NCBI GenBank assembly: GCA_038256825.1
Contig: JBBSJX010000001.1
Span: forward strand, 1-59,694
Source of the DNA: Chitinophagales bacterium
GTDB taxonomy: Bacteria; Bacteroidota; Bacteroidia; Chitinophagales; Chitinophagaceae
DNA: 59,694 nucleotides
Direction of reading: 5' to 3'
The notes below the pieces were generated by a model that searched no databases, was not told the origin of the DNA, and worked only from the letters and a program-made list of their open reading frames with translations. Below, one piece after another: positions 59,686 through 59,694 of the stretch. Each line of letters begins with the position of its first letter. The first letter of the stretch is position 1. The position numbers were made by a program, and so were the translations under genes.

Positions 59686-59694
59686 TAATGGTTC

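Overview
AT-rich Bacteroidota chromosomal window, probably Chitinophagaceae (inferred from T9SS cargo and PorP, bshB1, Cys-type CcmE and TAnnTTTG -7 promoters). Layout: (1) 0.2-28.5 kb, a secreted beta-helix protein converging on a Wzx/Wzy/Wzc polysaccharide locus with four AsnB-type amidotransferases, five GT4s, WecE plus a formyltransferase, a methyltransferase and a WecB/TagA transferase; (2) 28.9-35.9 kb, sugar and redox accessory genes; (3) 36-45 kb, a large hypothetical helical protein flanked by two small unannotated transcription units, then an ELWxxDGT T9SS protein, a degenerate serine hydrolase, a desaturase and bshB1; (4) 45-59.5 kb, housekeeping genes (ccmF/E, dnaJ, grpE, rlmI-like, porP, rel, tRNA-Leu, tig, clpP). 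The main signal not explained by genes is a dispersed 60-85 bp intergenic element found by eye 16 times. It has three spaced boxes around a covarying core, GCGACGC/GTGACAC, and five copies are interrupted at that core by short palindromic inserts of four different kinds. There is also a candidate ~168-nt sRNA with a repeated motif and a Shine-Dalgarno-led 15-codon transcript. No CRISPR array, transposase or integrase was seen. All alignments were done by eye, with no database searches.
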